DNA from: Diadema antillarum
Taxonomy: Eukaryota
DNA length: 64,000 nucleotides
Reading direction: 5' to 3'
Assembly: GCF_040938485.1 (NCBI RefSeq)
Contig: NW_027270916.1
Span: 496,001 to 560,000 of the forward strand
Under the pieces are notes generated by a model, which saw only the letters and a program-made list of their open reading frames with translations, was not told the DNA's origin and ran no database searches. Position numbers and translations under genes: made by a program. Shown in pieces: positions 50,272 through 63,780 of this stretch (the stretch's first letter is position 1; the number at the start of each line of letters is the position of its first letter).

Positions 50272-51152
50272 TCAGAATGATTCCTCTTGCTTCAGGTAGT
50301 ATTTCTGCTCAAAATGAAACCTCAAAATGTGGTATTACTGTATGAAGGTGATTACCTTGTATACAGGTACTCCTGTCTCCATCCAGTTTCCTTCTCTCTG
50401 GGAGGTTTTCTCTGAGTTATAATGCAACAGGCCATGACCATGTCAAGGAAACCTAGTGTCTTGCATTCTCTTATCGAGGCCAACAATAGTGGCAAAATTC
50501 ATGAAAATTACTGGTATCCTGTGATAAGGTTTAATAATCATGCTTCATCCTTTATTTTTGCTATGCCATTACCATAGCAACCAATTCAGGACACTGCAAA
50601 GATGTGTCATGGACTTTTTCATATCACAGTCATCATGTGTACCAAAGTTTGAGATATTTGCCTAAAAACTATGAATACAGATTAAAATACATTCATAATT
50701 AATTTTTTAAAAGAACATACATGTACTATGTAGCTTTACATTATCATGAATTCATTAGCCTTCACCACACCTTCAAGAAACGGCATTATCTTGATAAAGA
50801 CACAAACTCAAATAATGCTTGTCACATTTTCAACTAATACATTGCTGTTGTCTTGTACGACCTGATTGGAAAAATTGTTTGCAACACAGGCAAACTCCTT
50901 TCAGAATGAAGTGGTCACTAAAGTTTGATAGAAATTGTGGAATATAAAGCAAAAGGGGAGATGTCTGATCTGCACAGATAGTCCGGATTCATGAAATGAA
51001 ATTGAATGTGGTTCTATGCGTATTTATGCCAGCTTCAACCTAAAATGCATTTTCTCTCCCAGGGATTTTGTGTATTTCCTCCCTTTTTCATATTTATACA
51101 TATTTTTTTTAATTATCATTTTTATTTCTTTCATCAATATCATTATTACTCT

Positions 51153-51295
51153 NNNNNNNNNNNNNNNNNNNNNNNNNNNNNNNNNNNNNNNNNNNNNNNN
51201 NNNNNNNNNNNNNNNNNNNNNNNNNNNNNNNNNNNNNNNNNNNNNNNNNNNNNNNNNNNNNNNNNNNNNNNNNNNNNNNNNNNNNNNNNNNNNNN
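51153..51295. other. Assembly gap
   Basis: Run of N, close to the centre of the inverted-repeat spacer. Confidence 1.
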
Positions 51296-53176
51296 ACTTG
51301 CATTGGTTGGTTGACACTCACTTTCATTTTGTTGCCTCCTCTTGGTACACCTTATTAAGGCTCACTGCTTGCTCAGCCCCCCCCCCCCCCCCCATGCTTT
51401 TCACTCTTTTCCTTTCTTTATCCTCTGTTGTTCTTTATCTTGTTTGACTTTTGCCTCCTTATTCATCCTGTTCCTTCAAGTTTCCCCCTTTGGTCCTCAG
51501 ATCTGATCATCACTGACCCTCCTCAGCCTTTTGTCTGTCAACCTCCCACTCTAATCCCCCTCCCTATACCTGTTGGGCTCCTTGCCCATGACTTCCTACC
51601 CTCCCCTTTTGTTTTCCTTGTTCTGTGTCCCTAGCGAGTCTCTGACTGTTCTTTATGGGTGAAGTCCTATTATATGATTGCTTTCCCTGCCTGTTTGTCG
51701 TTTTGCCTCTGACAGAGATTCTGCTAGGATTGAAAGCTCAGGCCCATTTGACTCATTTTACTCCACTGGCTCTCCACAATTGGATTTAAGCAGTTTTTGA
51801 ACAGCAGTTGTTTTTTTTTCTTCTCTCTCTCTTTTTTTTTTTTTTTTTTTTTTGCTACACTGAAAAAAACAAAGTGTGTACGTAGGAGTATGCTGTAGAA
51901 CTAGGAAAACATTTCATTTTATGATGCCTATAGGACAAACACACAAGCATTTTTATAACATGAGCAATTTCACATTTCTAACCCATAGGGCATATATGGT
52001 TGTTTGTTTTCACATACAATTGATAACATAACACAATCTGATTAAAAGACGATCAGTATTCTTAAAAAACTAACTAAGAAGGCTGAAAATAGATGGTAAA
52101 TTTTTGGTCAAGTTATGATGTCACGGTATTTTTTTTTTTCATTTGTGCATGCACATGTGTGTGTGTGTACCACATAATGTCTTTTAGCAGCAAAGAAATA
52201 TCATGTGATCATTTCAATCATCAGAATATATAACAGTCATGTTGCCCCCCCCCCCCTCCCCCCCCCCATAAAAATGTCAAACATACCAGGCTCATTGACT
52301 TTACTATCTTTTTCCTCATTAAAGTTCATATTGCATACACACTCACACACACACACACAAGGAGGGAAACGGTCGAACAATCAGAACATTACAGTAAAAA
52401 AAAAAAAAAAACTCAATCATGTATCCATAGTGTAAAGATTGCAAATGAATGTGATTTGACTACCTGACATCCAAAATGACATAGTTATAACTCACAGAAT
52501 TGGTATTCAAAAACTATTTTAATCTGTAAGTGGAGGATTTGAAGGGGAGATAGAGATACAAGAGAGAGAGCCTGGAAAGAGAGATGAGGTGGTGGTGGTG
52601 GTGGTGGTGGGGAAGGTTAATACAATTTATTATGTTACCTATCACAAAAAAAGTCCAACTGTAACCTGTTTGTCCAGTTACCTGACAAAATTATACAGGG
52701 ATCCCTGATATAGAATTGTGTTGACCATTGTTGATGAGACCACCAACAACAACAAAAAAATGCACAAGGAATCCATGACAAAACTAAAGATCAAAGTCAT
52801 TGAAAAAAAGTAGAGGAAGTGTCTCTGATTGTACGAGTCCTTTTGCATCAATCTGTCCATGTTATGCATTTTTTTATTTACCCTGACCCTAATGGTTTAC
52901 ACTGACGATTTGCTGCGTGAAGGGATCGAGTCATCATCTATTTAATCAGTGTCACCTAAAAAGTTTGGTGCATTCACCTTTTATGCCATGATCATCGGTT
53001 GTCAGTTTGTTACTGTCAGCTCCATAGAAACACTTTCTTGGAATAAAATGAATGGGGTTAACACAGTTTTGTATGCTATGTTACCATATAGAAATATCTA
53101 ATTATGACAATAATTAGAATTGTGTTGGCCATTGCTGATTAGACCAACAACAACAAAAATGCACAAGGAATCCATG

Positions 53177-53612
53177 GGGGGGGGGGGTCCCTTTTTTATG
53201 CACTGCTAACCTTGCGCCTGCAACTGAACATCCCATAGCTGTGGAGTCCTGTTTGCATTAGCCAGAAGAAGAGAAAGACACATTTTAATCAGTGGTAGAA
53301 AGAGAAAGACACATTTTAATCAGTGGTAGAAACTGTGTTGTCATGGCAACAACAAATCATAACCCTTTAAATGCAGTAAAGGACTAGCAAATAAGACTTA
53401 ATTCTTCATTTTTTTTATTGAAATGACAGGAAAAAAGGACACATAAAAAAGATGATATTTGAAGTGCAAGATGCATTCTTAAAGAGGAAAGTGTGGTGTC
53501 ATGGTAACAGCACACTTTTGATGGCCTCAAAATCAGGAAGCCATACCGACAGAGCGGTGAAATTCTTTTCCAATTTGTGCACAGTCAGTCAATAGCAATA
53601 GTGATTATGATA
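53177..53612 (-). repeat. Inner, more diverged inverted repeat (right copy)
   Basis: Reverse complement of 47960-48350, with a 29-bp tandem duplication near 53270-53330. Confidence 0.75.
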
Positions 53613-55745
53613 ATTGTGAGATGCACACAATAGTCACGTCAGCCCAATTATTTTGTGGGAAATACCCCATGCGTACAGTAGTGTCCATTTCACATTTAAA
53701 TGTATAGCACTGTATAGTACATCCCCATCTCCAGACCACAACAGGTGGCAGTCCCCAGGAGCTTAATGTAAGATAAATCCCCTGTCCAGGGACAAACATC
53801 TCAAAGGTTGGGTGGTCTTAACCCTTAGGGTAGGAGGCTAGCAGGAAATAGAGATATACATTGCTGGTCCAGACAGAGAGATGATTGGTTAAAAGTAATT
53901 TTCTTTTGTGTTTCTTTGAATAGATTTTCAGACAATGAATAACATAAGTTATGTAAGAATGACCTTCTTTATGATTGGTCAGAAGTGTAGATGCTATACA
54001 ACTCTTTATTTCTCACTCCAGACAAGAAGTAACATAAGTTATGTAAGAAGGGATAGTGGTGTGATTGGTCAGGAGTTATTTTCCATGTTATGTCTTTGTG
54101 TGGAATCGAGACAAAACAAAAGTTAGTAGCAGCAATGTGCTGACTTGACCAAGGTAGTATTCTTTTTGTTTCCCTTAATGTACCCTTCCCCTTTCGTAAA
54201 TGGCTGACTTGTCCAAATAGGACTATTTTACTCTCCCTTTATTCATAGAACCACCGTGACAGTCCGAGCAGAGTCCCAGGTCGCGTCAAGGGTGAAATAT
54301 GGCCACGTCACTCTCCAAGAGGATCTCGATCGCGATCGCGAACTGCAGTGCGCACTGCCACGATGAGCTCCGGGTCGAGATGCTGACGTGTACACTGTTT
54401 GGAACGGGTGTTCGCCGCCTGGTCGTCGCCTGGCACTCACATCACTTAGCGCTGACACTAATGCGATTGTCAATGATGCGATCCCAGCTTGGAGATTCAC
54501 ATTTGCGCTAATTCGTCGTGAGCTGGAAATGGATGAAGTTCATCCTCAGTCATTGATGACAGGGTTGACAATGAGAGGAGATGCGAGACGAGCTCTGATG
54601 CAATAGCCTCATGCAGCATCCGCAAGTGTGACAGGAAGGCAACTCCTCTTCCGTAATAATTGTTCCAAAACTATTTCAAATCAATGTTGCTGGAACCAAG
54701 CACCTCACCGATGTGGTGTAAAATAGACATGTATGAACTTAGAGAATTTATCAAAACCGTCTCAATAAGGAAAGGACGTGACTCTGGAAAGTAATATTGC
54801 ATCTCCTTTTTGTATTGGACGCAGGAGAGCTATGGTCTACTGTATGTCCATCTCCTTTGGAGGTTAAGGAGCCAGAGTGAGAAAAAGAGCTTTGTCCACG
54901 GTTAATGTTAGGAAAAAGGGGCTACGTGGCAAGTATTATGGGATAAGCCTACGTGTACCTTTTTACGTAACCGTGGTCAAAGGACTGGTCAGCGAAAATG
55001 AGCTCTTTTGTTTCTTTTTGCCATCAGGGAGCGTCCGGAGAGAGTAACATGACTATACTACCGATTGAAATGGCTCCCTCTCTCGGCCAGTGACTTACTG
55101 TCAAACTAACGGGGTACGTGCTGCTACAAAGGTGTGACATTGTTTTCTGTGATGAAACTAAGGTTTAGAGAGATCTGGATGGTTTGATGGACTTTAACGT
55201 GGCCTTAGGAATTTAGGATAATGTTACACTGTAACTAATGTGTAGTGAAGTGTCTGTAACGTCAAACAGTTTTCGCAAGTTATATCTTTGGCAAAGACAG
55301 ATGTTTAAGTATATACCGTACCATACAGATTTTTTTTTTATTATGGCCATCATTCTATTTTAAGAAAAAAAAATACCTTTGAGTTTGACAGAGAGAGACA
55401 TTGTAACCTGTATGATGCATACGTAACAAAATGAAATTAAGAATTATACATTTCTGTTTTTCTAACACAACTCTGTCCAGGGTATTAGAATGATGTTCTA
55501 CGCAGGCCTGGGATGCCCCCCCCCCCCCTTTCATCCCTTTTTTTTTTTTTTCTTAAAAAGGGTTAGTTCAGATCATATCATCAACTTCAGAAAAGTACTG
55601 TCAGAAATCACCAGTAAATATAAGTTACAAGTGTTCAAGTGTAAGTATTTACCGGTAGGCATTTTCTTTTTTTCAAAATATCTTCGGCAAAGACCGGGAG
55701 AGAAGTGCATAGAAAAAAAAAAGAAAAGAGTTTTCAGACAATATT

Positions 55746-55953
55746 TGTAAACGTGGAAATTTTCGTGGTGTTGAAATTTTCGTGCATTTCGCGCAACCAG
55801 AAACTAGCGCGAAAATAAAAGCATGCAAATATTTTTGCTTGCCATATGTTATTGTGCATGATGTCTGGATTCCGCGGAATTAAAAACAGGCGAAACTCTT
55901 CTGACCCGGCCAAACGCGAAAAATTAGTCGCGCGAAAATATCCACTTTTACAG
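55746..55953. mobile_element. ~210-bp TA-target MITE present only in the right arm
   Basis: Same family as 43923; absent at the matching left-arm position (about 47030-47050). Confidence 0.8.
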
Positions 55954-56242
55954 TAGGTCCTACACCCGTTTTTTTTTTTTTTTCTTTTTTTTATGAATTT
56001 CATGCAGGACATGCAGAACAACTCTCCTTTTTTTTGGCAAAAACATAAACAAACCAACCACAAAAAAGTAAAAGAAAAAGAGTGAGAAATTTTATTTCCT
56101 TTATTTGTCACTATATTTTTTTCCCCATTATTTGTTGACAGTACAGTAAAACAATAAGTGTATCAATATGGAGTCGGGTTCTCCATACTAGCTTGTGGGT
56201 AGTGTGGTAGTACAGAGAATTTGGGATTGCAAGATAAGACTG

Positions 56243-58523
56243 GGGGGTGTTTCACAAAGATTTAAGTTTGACTTAACTCATGCGTAAATCCCCAAACCCT
56301 GCGTAAATCCCTAAGTCCTGCGTAAATTTACGCAGGACTTTGAATCCTGTTTCACAGAGCTTAAGTCATGCGTAAGTCCCACCAAGTCCTGCGTAACTCT
56401 ACGCATGGCCTGAAGCCATGCGTAAAGTCAGACTTAAATTCCAAAATGGGAAGTTCAAAAGCATAATCAACTCCTAATATTCATTAATTTCTTCCACTTT
56501 ATCTTATCCTGAGTGAGATGGCAGTATTTTTAACAAACTAGAGAATCACTAGTTTCGTAGAGGGTCTACTCCTACACTATTCACTGAACAATGGTCCAAA
56601 TTAAAAATAGTCATAAAAATAGATCCCTACCTACAAATGTACTGGTAGTTTGAACTGTTAAGTTAAACCAAAATTTTAGCTCATAAAGAGCTATATAATC
56701 TACATGTATCTGGACTTTGGAAATTAATTATATTTCTACCAATCCTTTCTTACCTGTGTTATCTTCTTAGCTGCTTACCCATGAATATTAATGCATGCCT
56801 ATTATTATACTATAGATGTCATGCATTCACAACAAATTAGAAAAACCCAACAAATTAGTTAAACCTATACTTGTTAGAAATATCATACCTCTTGTGTACA
56901 GGACAGGGCTGTGTCTATCTACACTAACTGGTTAGACCGATAAATTTGTCTCTTGTTTGGTAGCCTAATTGTATCTGTACAGTCTGTAATACGGTCGACT
57001 GCATTAGCGACCGTATCATACAATTAAAAAGAGGCTACCCAACAAGAGGCAGATTTATTGGTCTACAGTACCTCTACACAAGACTGCCAATGAAATTAGC
57101 CAAGTTCCATTTCTACGGTACCAGTTACATCTTAATGAATGCTTTTTTTTTTCCTGGAAGCAAAAAACAAAACAAAATAAGACATAACAACCCCCCCCCC
57201 CCAGCATTTTGTGTCAGTTAGAGGAAACGGTTAGCCAATAGACAGTCACCTCTGCCTCGCATCAAAGGCTACAGTATTAAACGTATTCACGGAAAACATT
57301 AGAGGTCTAGTAGTTTCTATGCCTAATCTTGATTGATGCAGTTCTCAAACACATTCCAAAATCCGAAAATGCATAAATTCATCAATTACTTTCCAATTCA
57401 ACTCAGGGCCCAGCAATTGGACTTTAACATTCGACCAATTGATAGCCATAGCCATGATTTATTATGGTTCTAACTAACCTTATACATGCAGTCTAGGGCA
57501 ATCATGCACTTTGTTTTCTTCAAAATCATGAAGATGTGGCACTGTGCCCCTATCCTGATTAATAACACAGTGCACAGACTCTACACTAACTGTTAGGCAT
57601 AGTCATGTTTAATTGATAGTCATACTAATACTAGAACTGATAAGAGTTTATATGTAGACATAACTATACACAGCCCAGTTATTCGCACATCGTATTAACA
57701 GCGTCTGGTCGGGCTAATGTAGACATTGTCTAATGACATGATATTACTAATGAGCAGACTCTACAAATTACAATACAAGTAATAAAGTATCGGTACAACA
57801 CACACAGAGTTCATAATATTCAGTCCCTTCCTAACCTTCGATGAATCATCTCTTGCTCAAATTACATAATTTCAAGGACCTACCTAATGACTAACAGTAG
57901 TAACAGATTAAGCTACACTCACTTCTGTAGTTACGACCAACCCTAGCTAGTTGGAAAAGAAAACTTCTCTTCGTGTGCAACAAGAGGCTAGCCAGAATCC
58001 TCTTCTACCAAGGTCCACAGTTACCAATTGTGCAATGTGAATGGTTGTACAGAATGCAGAGATCATATCATCAGTGCCAGCTAGCTGCTGCGAGCTGCGC
58101 GAGCAACCCCATTCATCGTAACTTTCACACAGTCCAATACATGTGGGACTGGATTAAAGAGGCCTCATGCACAAAACATCTGTTATATCAAAATAATCAT
58201 CAAACGAGCGGCTATTCATGTACAAAAGAGAAATAATATAAGTCAGTAAATGAGCACTGTGAATAACGAATGATACAGTAATGTCATGAATCGTAGTTGC
58301 AGAAAATCAAAGCAATTTCCCTTCCAGAAATTACTCAAAAATCATCAGCAGACAACAAATGGCTAATTTGCATATTTTTGGCTCGTACATTATTATTCAA
58401 ATCGAATAAGTCAGTCTTAGCCTAAGATTGACTTTGTGAAACAGACTTAAAAAGTCGCACTTAGACTAAGATTGACTAGCGCTAAGTCTGACTTACTAAG
58501 TGCGACCTTTGTGAAACAGGCCC
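56243..58523. mobile_element. 2.28-kb non-autonomous Harbinger-like element, CTG TSD
   Basis: 17-bp TIR GGG(GG/CC)TGTTTCACAAAG; CTG on both flanks; the TIR core is repeated about 100 bp inside each end; no transposase ORF seen. Confidence 0.85.
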
Positions 58524-59952
58524 CTGGTCGTCATGTTGTTGATGACTTACTTATGAATCAATACAGTGCCGGTGAATTCCAGACACTTTTCAAACCATTT
58601 AGTCAGTATAACATCGTTCAAAGTTAAGAGAAAGGTATGAAATAGTTTCATTGACTGGAATTTAGTCCAAATGTCGAAGAAAAGATCACGGTCGACTTCG
58701 TAGCTACGCAGCGACACAGCTCGCTCCACCCATCGAGCGAGCACCACGACTGCCAGCCCTACGGCCCGCGGGGCCCGCGAGCCGGTATCCCGTTCTGCTG
58801 GTATCGGTGGTAGCGTGAGCCACTCTCAGCAGCGTGCCGCGGTGTGGACACCTATCGAACGAAGACGATTCGACATAGATATATTTGTTTCATTTTTCTT
58901 ACTGAAATTATTCCTTTGCCCATAAAATGTCACCAAGGATAGAAAACACATGCACCTATATGAAATACTATATTTTATTGTTGGTTATGAGCATCTTAGG
59001 GAAATTTCTCAACAAATTTCACCTTACCAAACAGGATGTCGTCACAAGTTGGGCTGGTATCGGTGGGAGGGGGTCTGGTGGCCAGGGAGCGAGCGAGCGC
59101 CACGCTCAGCCTAGCCTCTCAGCTAGCAGCTAGCTAGCAGCGCGCGTCCCACGATATGGAAACCGAACAAGTACGAACGAAGACGAATCGACATACTGTA
59201 GACATTTGTTTCATTTTTCATACTGAAATGATTCCTCTGCTCATGAAAATGTCACTAAGGATAGAAAACACGTATAACTATGTAAAATACTATATTTTAT
59301 TGCTGGTTATAAGCATTTAATGGAAATTTCTCAACAAATGTCACCTTACCATACAGGCTGTCGTCACAAGAAAAAGCTCAGTCACCGAGATTCTCAGAGC
59401 AGGGAAGATACCGTGAAATATTGCTTCGCAGCATCAGAAAATAAATAGGAATTGCCTTAAAAATGCGATAAAACATTTTTTCATACATCATTCCACTAAC
59501 CTATGCCATTTTAATGACTAAAATGTGTTTCATTCTGCAAAAATCTGGCACAAATAAAGTTGGGTCGAGTTGTCCAATCGCAAACCTGACCCTGGACAAC
59601 TCGACCCGGTCGAGCTGTCCAGGGGTAGGGACGACTTGTCCAGGGACGACTTATCCCGCGGTCGAGTTGTCCAACCCCCACAGAGATATTTACAATAAGG
59701 AACTTGAGTTATTCTAACATCATTTACAATCACATTCAAATTCACATGTTTAACCTTTTTTTTAGATCCTATTAACATAGTTTCACATTTTTCCAAATTT
59801 TGCCTGCTACTAGTATACTACTCAAGCTCGGACCACTGACGATTTGAACTAGGTACGACCAGGGAGGTGAGAGGAACCTCCCTGGTACGACAGATGGCGC
59901 TCATTAGAAAAACCCTGTCCGAAACCCCGAAAAAGATGCGCGACACGTCTAA

Positions 59953-60776
59953 AGGCCGTGTCACACCAGCCTTGCGTGCGACTTGCAAAGAACGATTTTG
60001 ACTACCCGGAGGTCCCCGTAGATGATCCGCACATGACAGTACCTGGCATGTATCTCAAAAGTAGTCGCCCGGAGGTGCGCACGCATATCTTTTTACCCGC
60101 AACCGTGTTTAGGCCCTGTGGTGCACCTTTCCGGGCACGCTACTCGGGCTTGTTACGTGTAGGGATTTTCTAGCATATACCGAACATTCCTGAGGCTGGA
60201 AAAGGATTTGTGCGAGTCAGCGCGTGTGTCTTACTTGCTGGACGCGTTATACTAATTGCGAGTATATGTACTGTGTGACCTTTGTACCAGTCGCGTGGGG
60301 GCTGACAACTCAGTGAAGGAATTCCTCTAATGGAATGGCTGAAATCTCACAGAATTTCATTATCTTGGCTGCATACGGGACTGCGAAGTACCTGCGTGGG
60401 AATTGCCTGGGAAGTACTGCCGCTAAGGGTCTCCTACTGGCGTTCTGCGTGGACCTCTACGGGCATTCCCGCGACTCACCCGGAAAAAGTTTTGGTCATA
60501 CTCGCAAAACTTGGCTGCGGTTAAATCGGACTTGCGTGAGCACCTCCGGGCAACTACGCGCTAGATACTGTCAGGTGCGGACCAACTGCGGAGAGCTCCG
60601 GGGAGTAAATTTGTTTCCCCGCAAGTCAAGCCGCAGAAGTTCCCCCGTACGGTATGACAAGGCATGAATGAAAATTGCAAACATTCTTGTTCGCCCGCTG
60701 AAAATCTTCTACGTGCTGGAAACTACCTCCTCGCCACAAGCCCGCGTAACTTGCCTGGAATGGTGTGACACGGCCT
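59953..60776. mobile_element. GC-rich PIF/Harbinger-like non-autonomous element
   Basis: Perfect TIR AGGCCGTGTCACACCA / TGGTGTGACACGGCCT; TSD ambiguous (TA, or TAA versus TTA). Confidence 0.78.
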
Positions 60777-61179
60777 TTAGATTTAACTCTAATAATGCAT
60801 TCTTCTTTTCACTTTTTTTTTTTTTTTTGGTACTGAAACCAACACGCTGGCTGAAATCCTCATTACAGATCATACTTTGACTTGATATTTTACTATCTAT
60901 CATAACTGTGGGCAGAGGTGACTTAATAGCTGGCCTACTGTTCACTGAAGGGCACCGATCGAGACCCATTTCTTATAACCAGAAACTCGAAATTAGGCAG
61001 GCAGCGTATAATGAAAATATTAAACCCGAAAAAGAAAAAGAAAATACTAAGTAAATACTTGCACTATCAGTATTGGTACATTCCAGGCGCACTTTGAAAA
61101 CTTGAATGATAATGGTCTACCAAATCAAAACAGTATAAGTTTTAGTAACCTGATTGATCGCAATGTTAATGTTTCAATT

Positions 61180-62230
61180 TCTTCAAAAGGCAGACATTTT
61201 TAACAACCCAATAGGCCTATCTATAATGGAAGAAGTATAATAGTAAAGCATATCAAGCTACTGAAAAATAAAAGCTCTGGAAGTGATTTAATAGTGAACG
61301 AGTGTTTGAAAAATAGCAATGGTTCATTGATAGGTGTGTTAACTAAATTGTTTAATGTCATTCTTGATACAGGGATCATACCAACAGAATGGTCCATAGG
61401 TCTTATATTCGTCCAATCTATATAGAAAAGAAAGGGTCCATTGATGATTCAGATAATTATCGCGGTATTTCATTATTAAGTTGTGTTGAAAAACTATTTT
61501 CTTCCATGATAAATGAAAGACTCAATCAATATCTTAATTCCTTAGATCTTATTGGTGAAGAACAAGCAGGATTTCGAGAAAATTATTCCACTATGAATTG
61601 ACCACGTATTTGTGCCGCATTCTGTCATAGATTTGTACCTTTCCCAGAAGAAAAGATTATACTGCGCCTTCGCAGATTACAAAAAAGGCATAATTTGATT
61701 GAATAGAAAGAATATTTTTGTGGTATTTTTGTGGGGTTTTTTTTGTATAAGCTTATACAAAACAACGTTTTGGGAAAAGTGTTCAGAGTGATATATAATG
61801 TACCCCCATCTTAAATCTTGCGTATAGATAAATAATAATGAGAAGTCTGATTTTTGTTTTTTCAATTGCAATATGGGTGTCAGACAAGGTGAGAATTTAT
61901 TTCCTCTTCTCTTTGCCATCTGATATTTGAACGATTTTGAATTGTACATGAGAGAAAGATTTAATGGTGTTCATTTGTGACCAAAAACTGCTATACGAAC
62001 AAGCTCATGTTCGACAATGGCATAGACGTTCTTTTAAAACTTTATTCGCTTCTGTATGCAGACGATACGCTGATACTAGTACTATGATAGCAATAAGCGA
62101 AAATGAATTAGTTATAGCTTTAAATGTTCTCAGTGAATAGGCTATACTGTAAGTTATGGTCTCGCCCGCCAAGTCAATGTCAGTAAAATAAAAGTTGTTA
62201 TTTTCTCGAGAGGAAAGGTCAGGATATTTC
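61180..62230 (+). pseudogene. Decayed non-LTR retrotransposon reverse transcriptase (CR1/L2-group-like)
   Basis: Frameshifted RT motifs: KSSGSDLI, IPTEW, NYRGISLLS, EEQAGFR, CAFADYKK, GVRQGENL.PLLF, LYADDT (62055-62066). Confidence 0.9.
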
Positions 62231-62324
62231 AAGCGCGCCGGAACACTTCGGGTGATTTTTTTTTTTTTTTTTTTTTTTTGGGGGGGGGGGGGCAAAATCT
62301 CGACAGAGGCACATTTAAGTGACG

Positions 62325-62765
62325 GACTCTATGTGAGAACCTCGGTGAGGGAGCGAAGCGACCGAGCGGGGGAAGGGTGTGGGAGGGGGATTACCCCCCC
62401 CCCCCACCCCTCCCACGGTAGAGACCTTTTAAAAAACAGAGTACAAAAGTCGCGTTTTTTATAGAGCATTTGAAAGCAAATTTTAGGGAATTAGACATAG
62501 TAAAAAAAAAATCACTGCGAAGGACCATAATTATGATAATAACATACGGGGTACATTATGTGACGGTGTGAGATCCTCGGTGAGGGATCGAAGCGACCTG
62601 GGGGGGGGGGGGGGGAGGGGGTGTGGGAGGGGGTACCTCCCCCCCCCCCCCCCCCCCCCCCCCCGTAGTGGCTTTTTGTAAAAACAGAGTTAAAGAATCG
62701 CGTTTATAGAGCATTTTAATTCAAATTTCTAGGGAATTAAACATAGTAAAAAATCACTGCGAAGG
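62325..62765. repeat. Two tandem ~240-bp copies of a GAGCGAAGCGACCGAGC-type repeat
   Basis: GTGAGA.CCTCGGTGAGGGA.CGAAGCGACC at 62333 and 62568; shared downstream AAAAAATCACTGCGAAGGAC. Confidence 0.7.
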
Positions 62766-63780
62766 ACTGTGATCATAACTTTAATACTATTTATTTCACC
62801 GTATAAGTACGGGCAGAGCTATGTGAGCCATGTTGCTTTCACTTTGCCATTCATCTGAAAGTATTCATTAAAAGCTTACACGTGATTGCATTGATCGAGC
62901 AATAAACATTATTCTTATATTTGTCACAAATGTACACATTAGTAGTTATGTACATGTATGATGTACTGTATGCATAGTTGTTTTAATGCGTATTATGTAC
63001 ACATGTTGACCAGATTAATGAAGAACATTCTATTTGGTATAGATATACAGTACATACAGGCTGACCAGATTAGTGGAGAATTTTCTAGGTGGTATACAAT
63101 GTAGCTACAGTACATGCATGTGACAGGAAATACATAGCTCACTCTATCTAGAATGATTTCACCCAATCTAGAATGTTCTAGGAAGTGCTCACATATTTGG
63201 CTGAGTGATGCACTGCCCCTGTAGCCCAATGTGATTGGTAGTTATTTTTGGCAGGATGTTATGCACATAGTTAGGCAGTGAGCCAGCTAGGATTTCTGGA
63301 ACAGTTTTGGACTTGCTAGTACATGTATATTCAAGTATGTGGCCCCAGGTTGGAGAAAATTACAGAATGTTCAAGAAAGGGATGAATGGATAGTATATAA
63401 GCCGGAGAAACTCTGAGGTAGGCAGAGTACCCAACACCTCTGCTCTGAGAGTTACGTCACTTCTGGCTCTGAAGCGACTTGTTTACTAGTATATAGTCAG
63501 TCCTGTGTTACCCGCTGACCTGTTATGTTTGTATTTATACAAACATAACAGGCCTTATAAGGCCTGGGAGACATTTTGCCTGCAGAGAATTAATTTGCCT
63601 ACATTGAAGATAGACTCCATTTTTTTGTGTCAATGGACATTGCTACGGCAAAGCTGTGACGGGCTGGATTCCTAGCTAGATATTATTGGCTGAATCGTCA
63701 TTCAACACATCGACTGGACGTGGTCGTCATAACGTTGGATTCTGCACATTTCCCTGTGGACATTTATACCGTGGATCTAT

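Larger units (their letters stand above)
55128..59673 (-). repeat. Right arm of the giant inverted repeat, carrying two extra elements
   Basis: Reverse-complement match to 45574-47678; identical or near-identical spurious ORFs in the track (45527/59514, 46114/58927, 46500/58547, 47100/55490). Confidence 0.92.

Noticed and set aside
54364-54366. In-frame TGA as selenocysteine
   Set aside because: No selenoprotein-like motif around it and no SECIS element that I could identify downstream.
60335-60667. 110-aa ORF inside the GC-rich TIR element as a transposase or Myb-like protein
   Set aside because: Too short, with no DDE or Myb/SANT motif.
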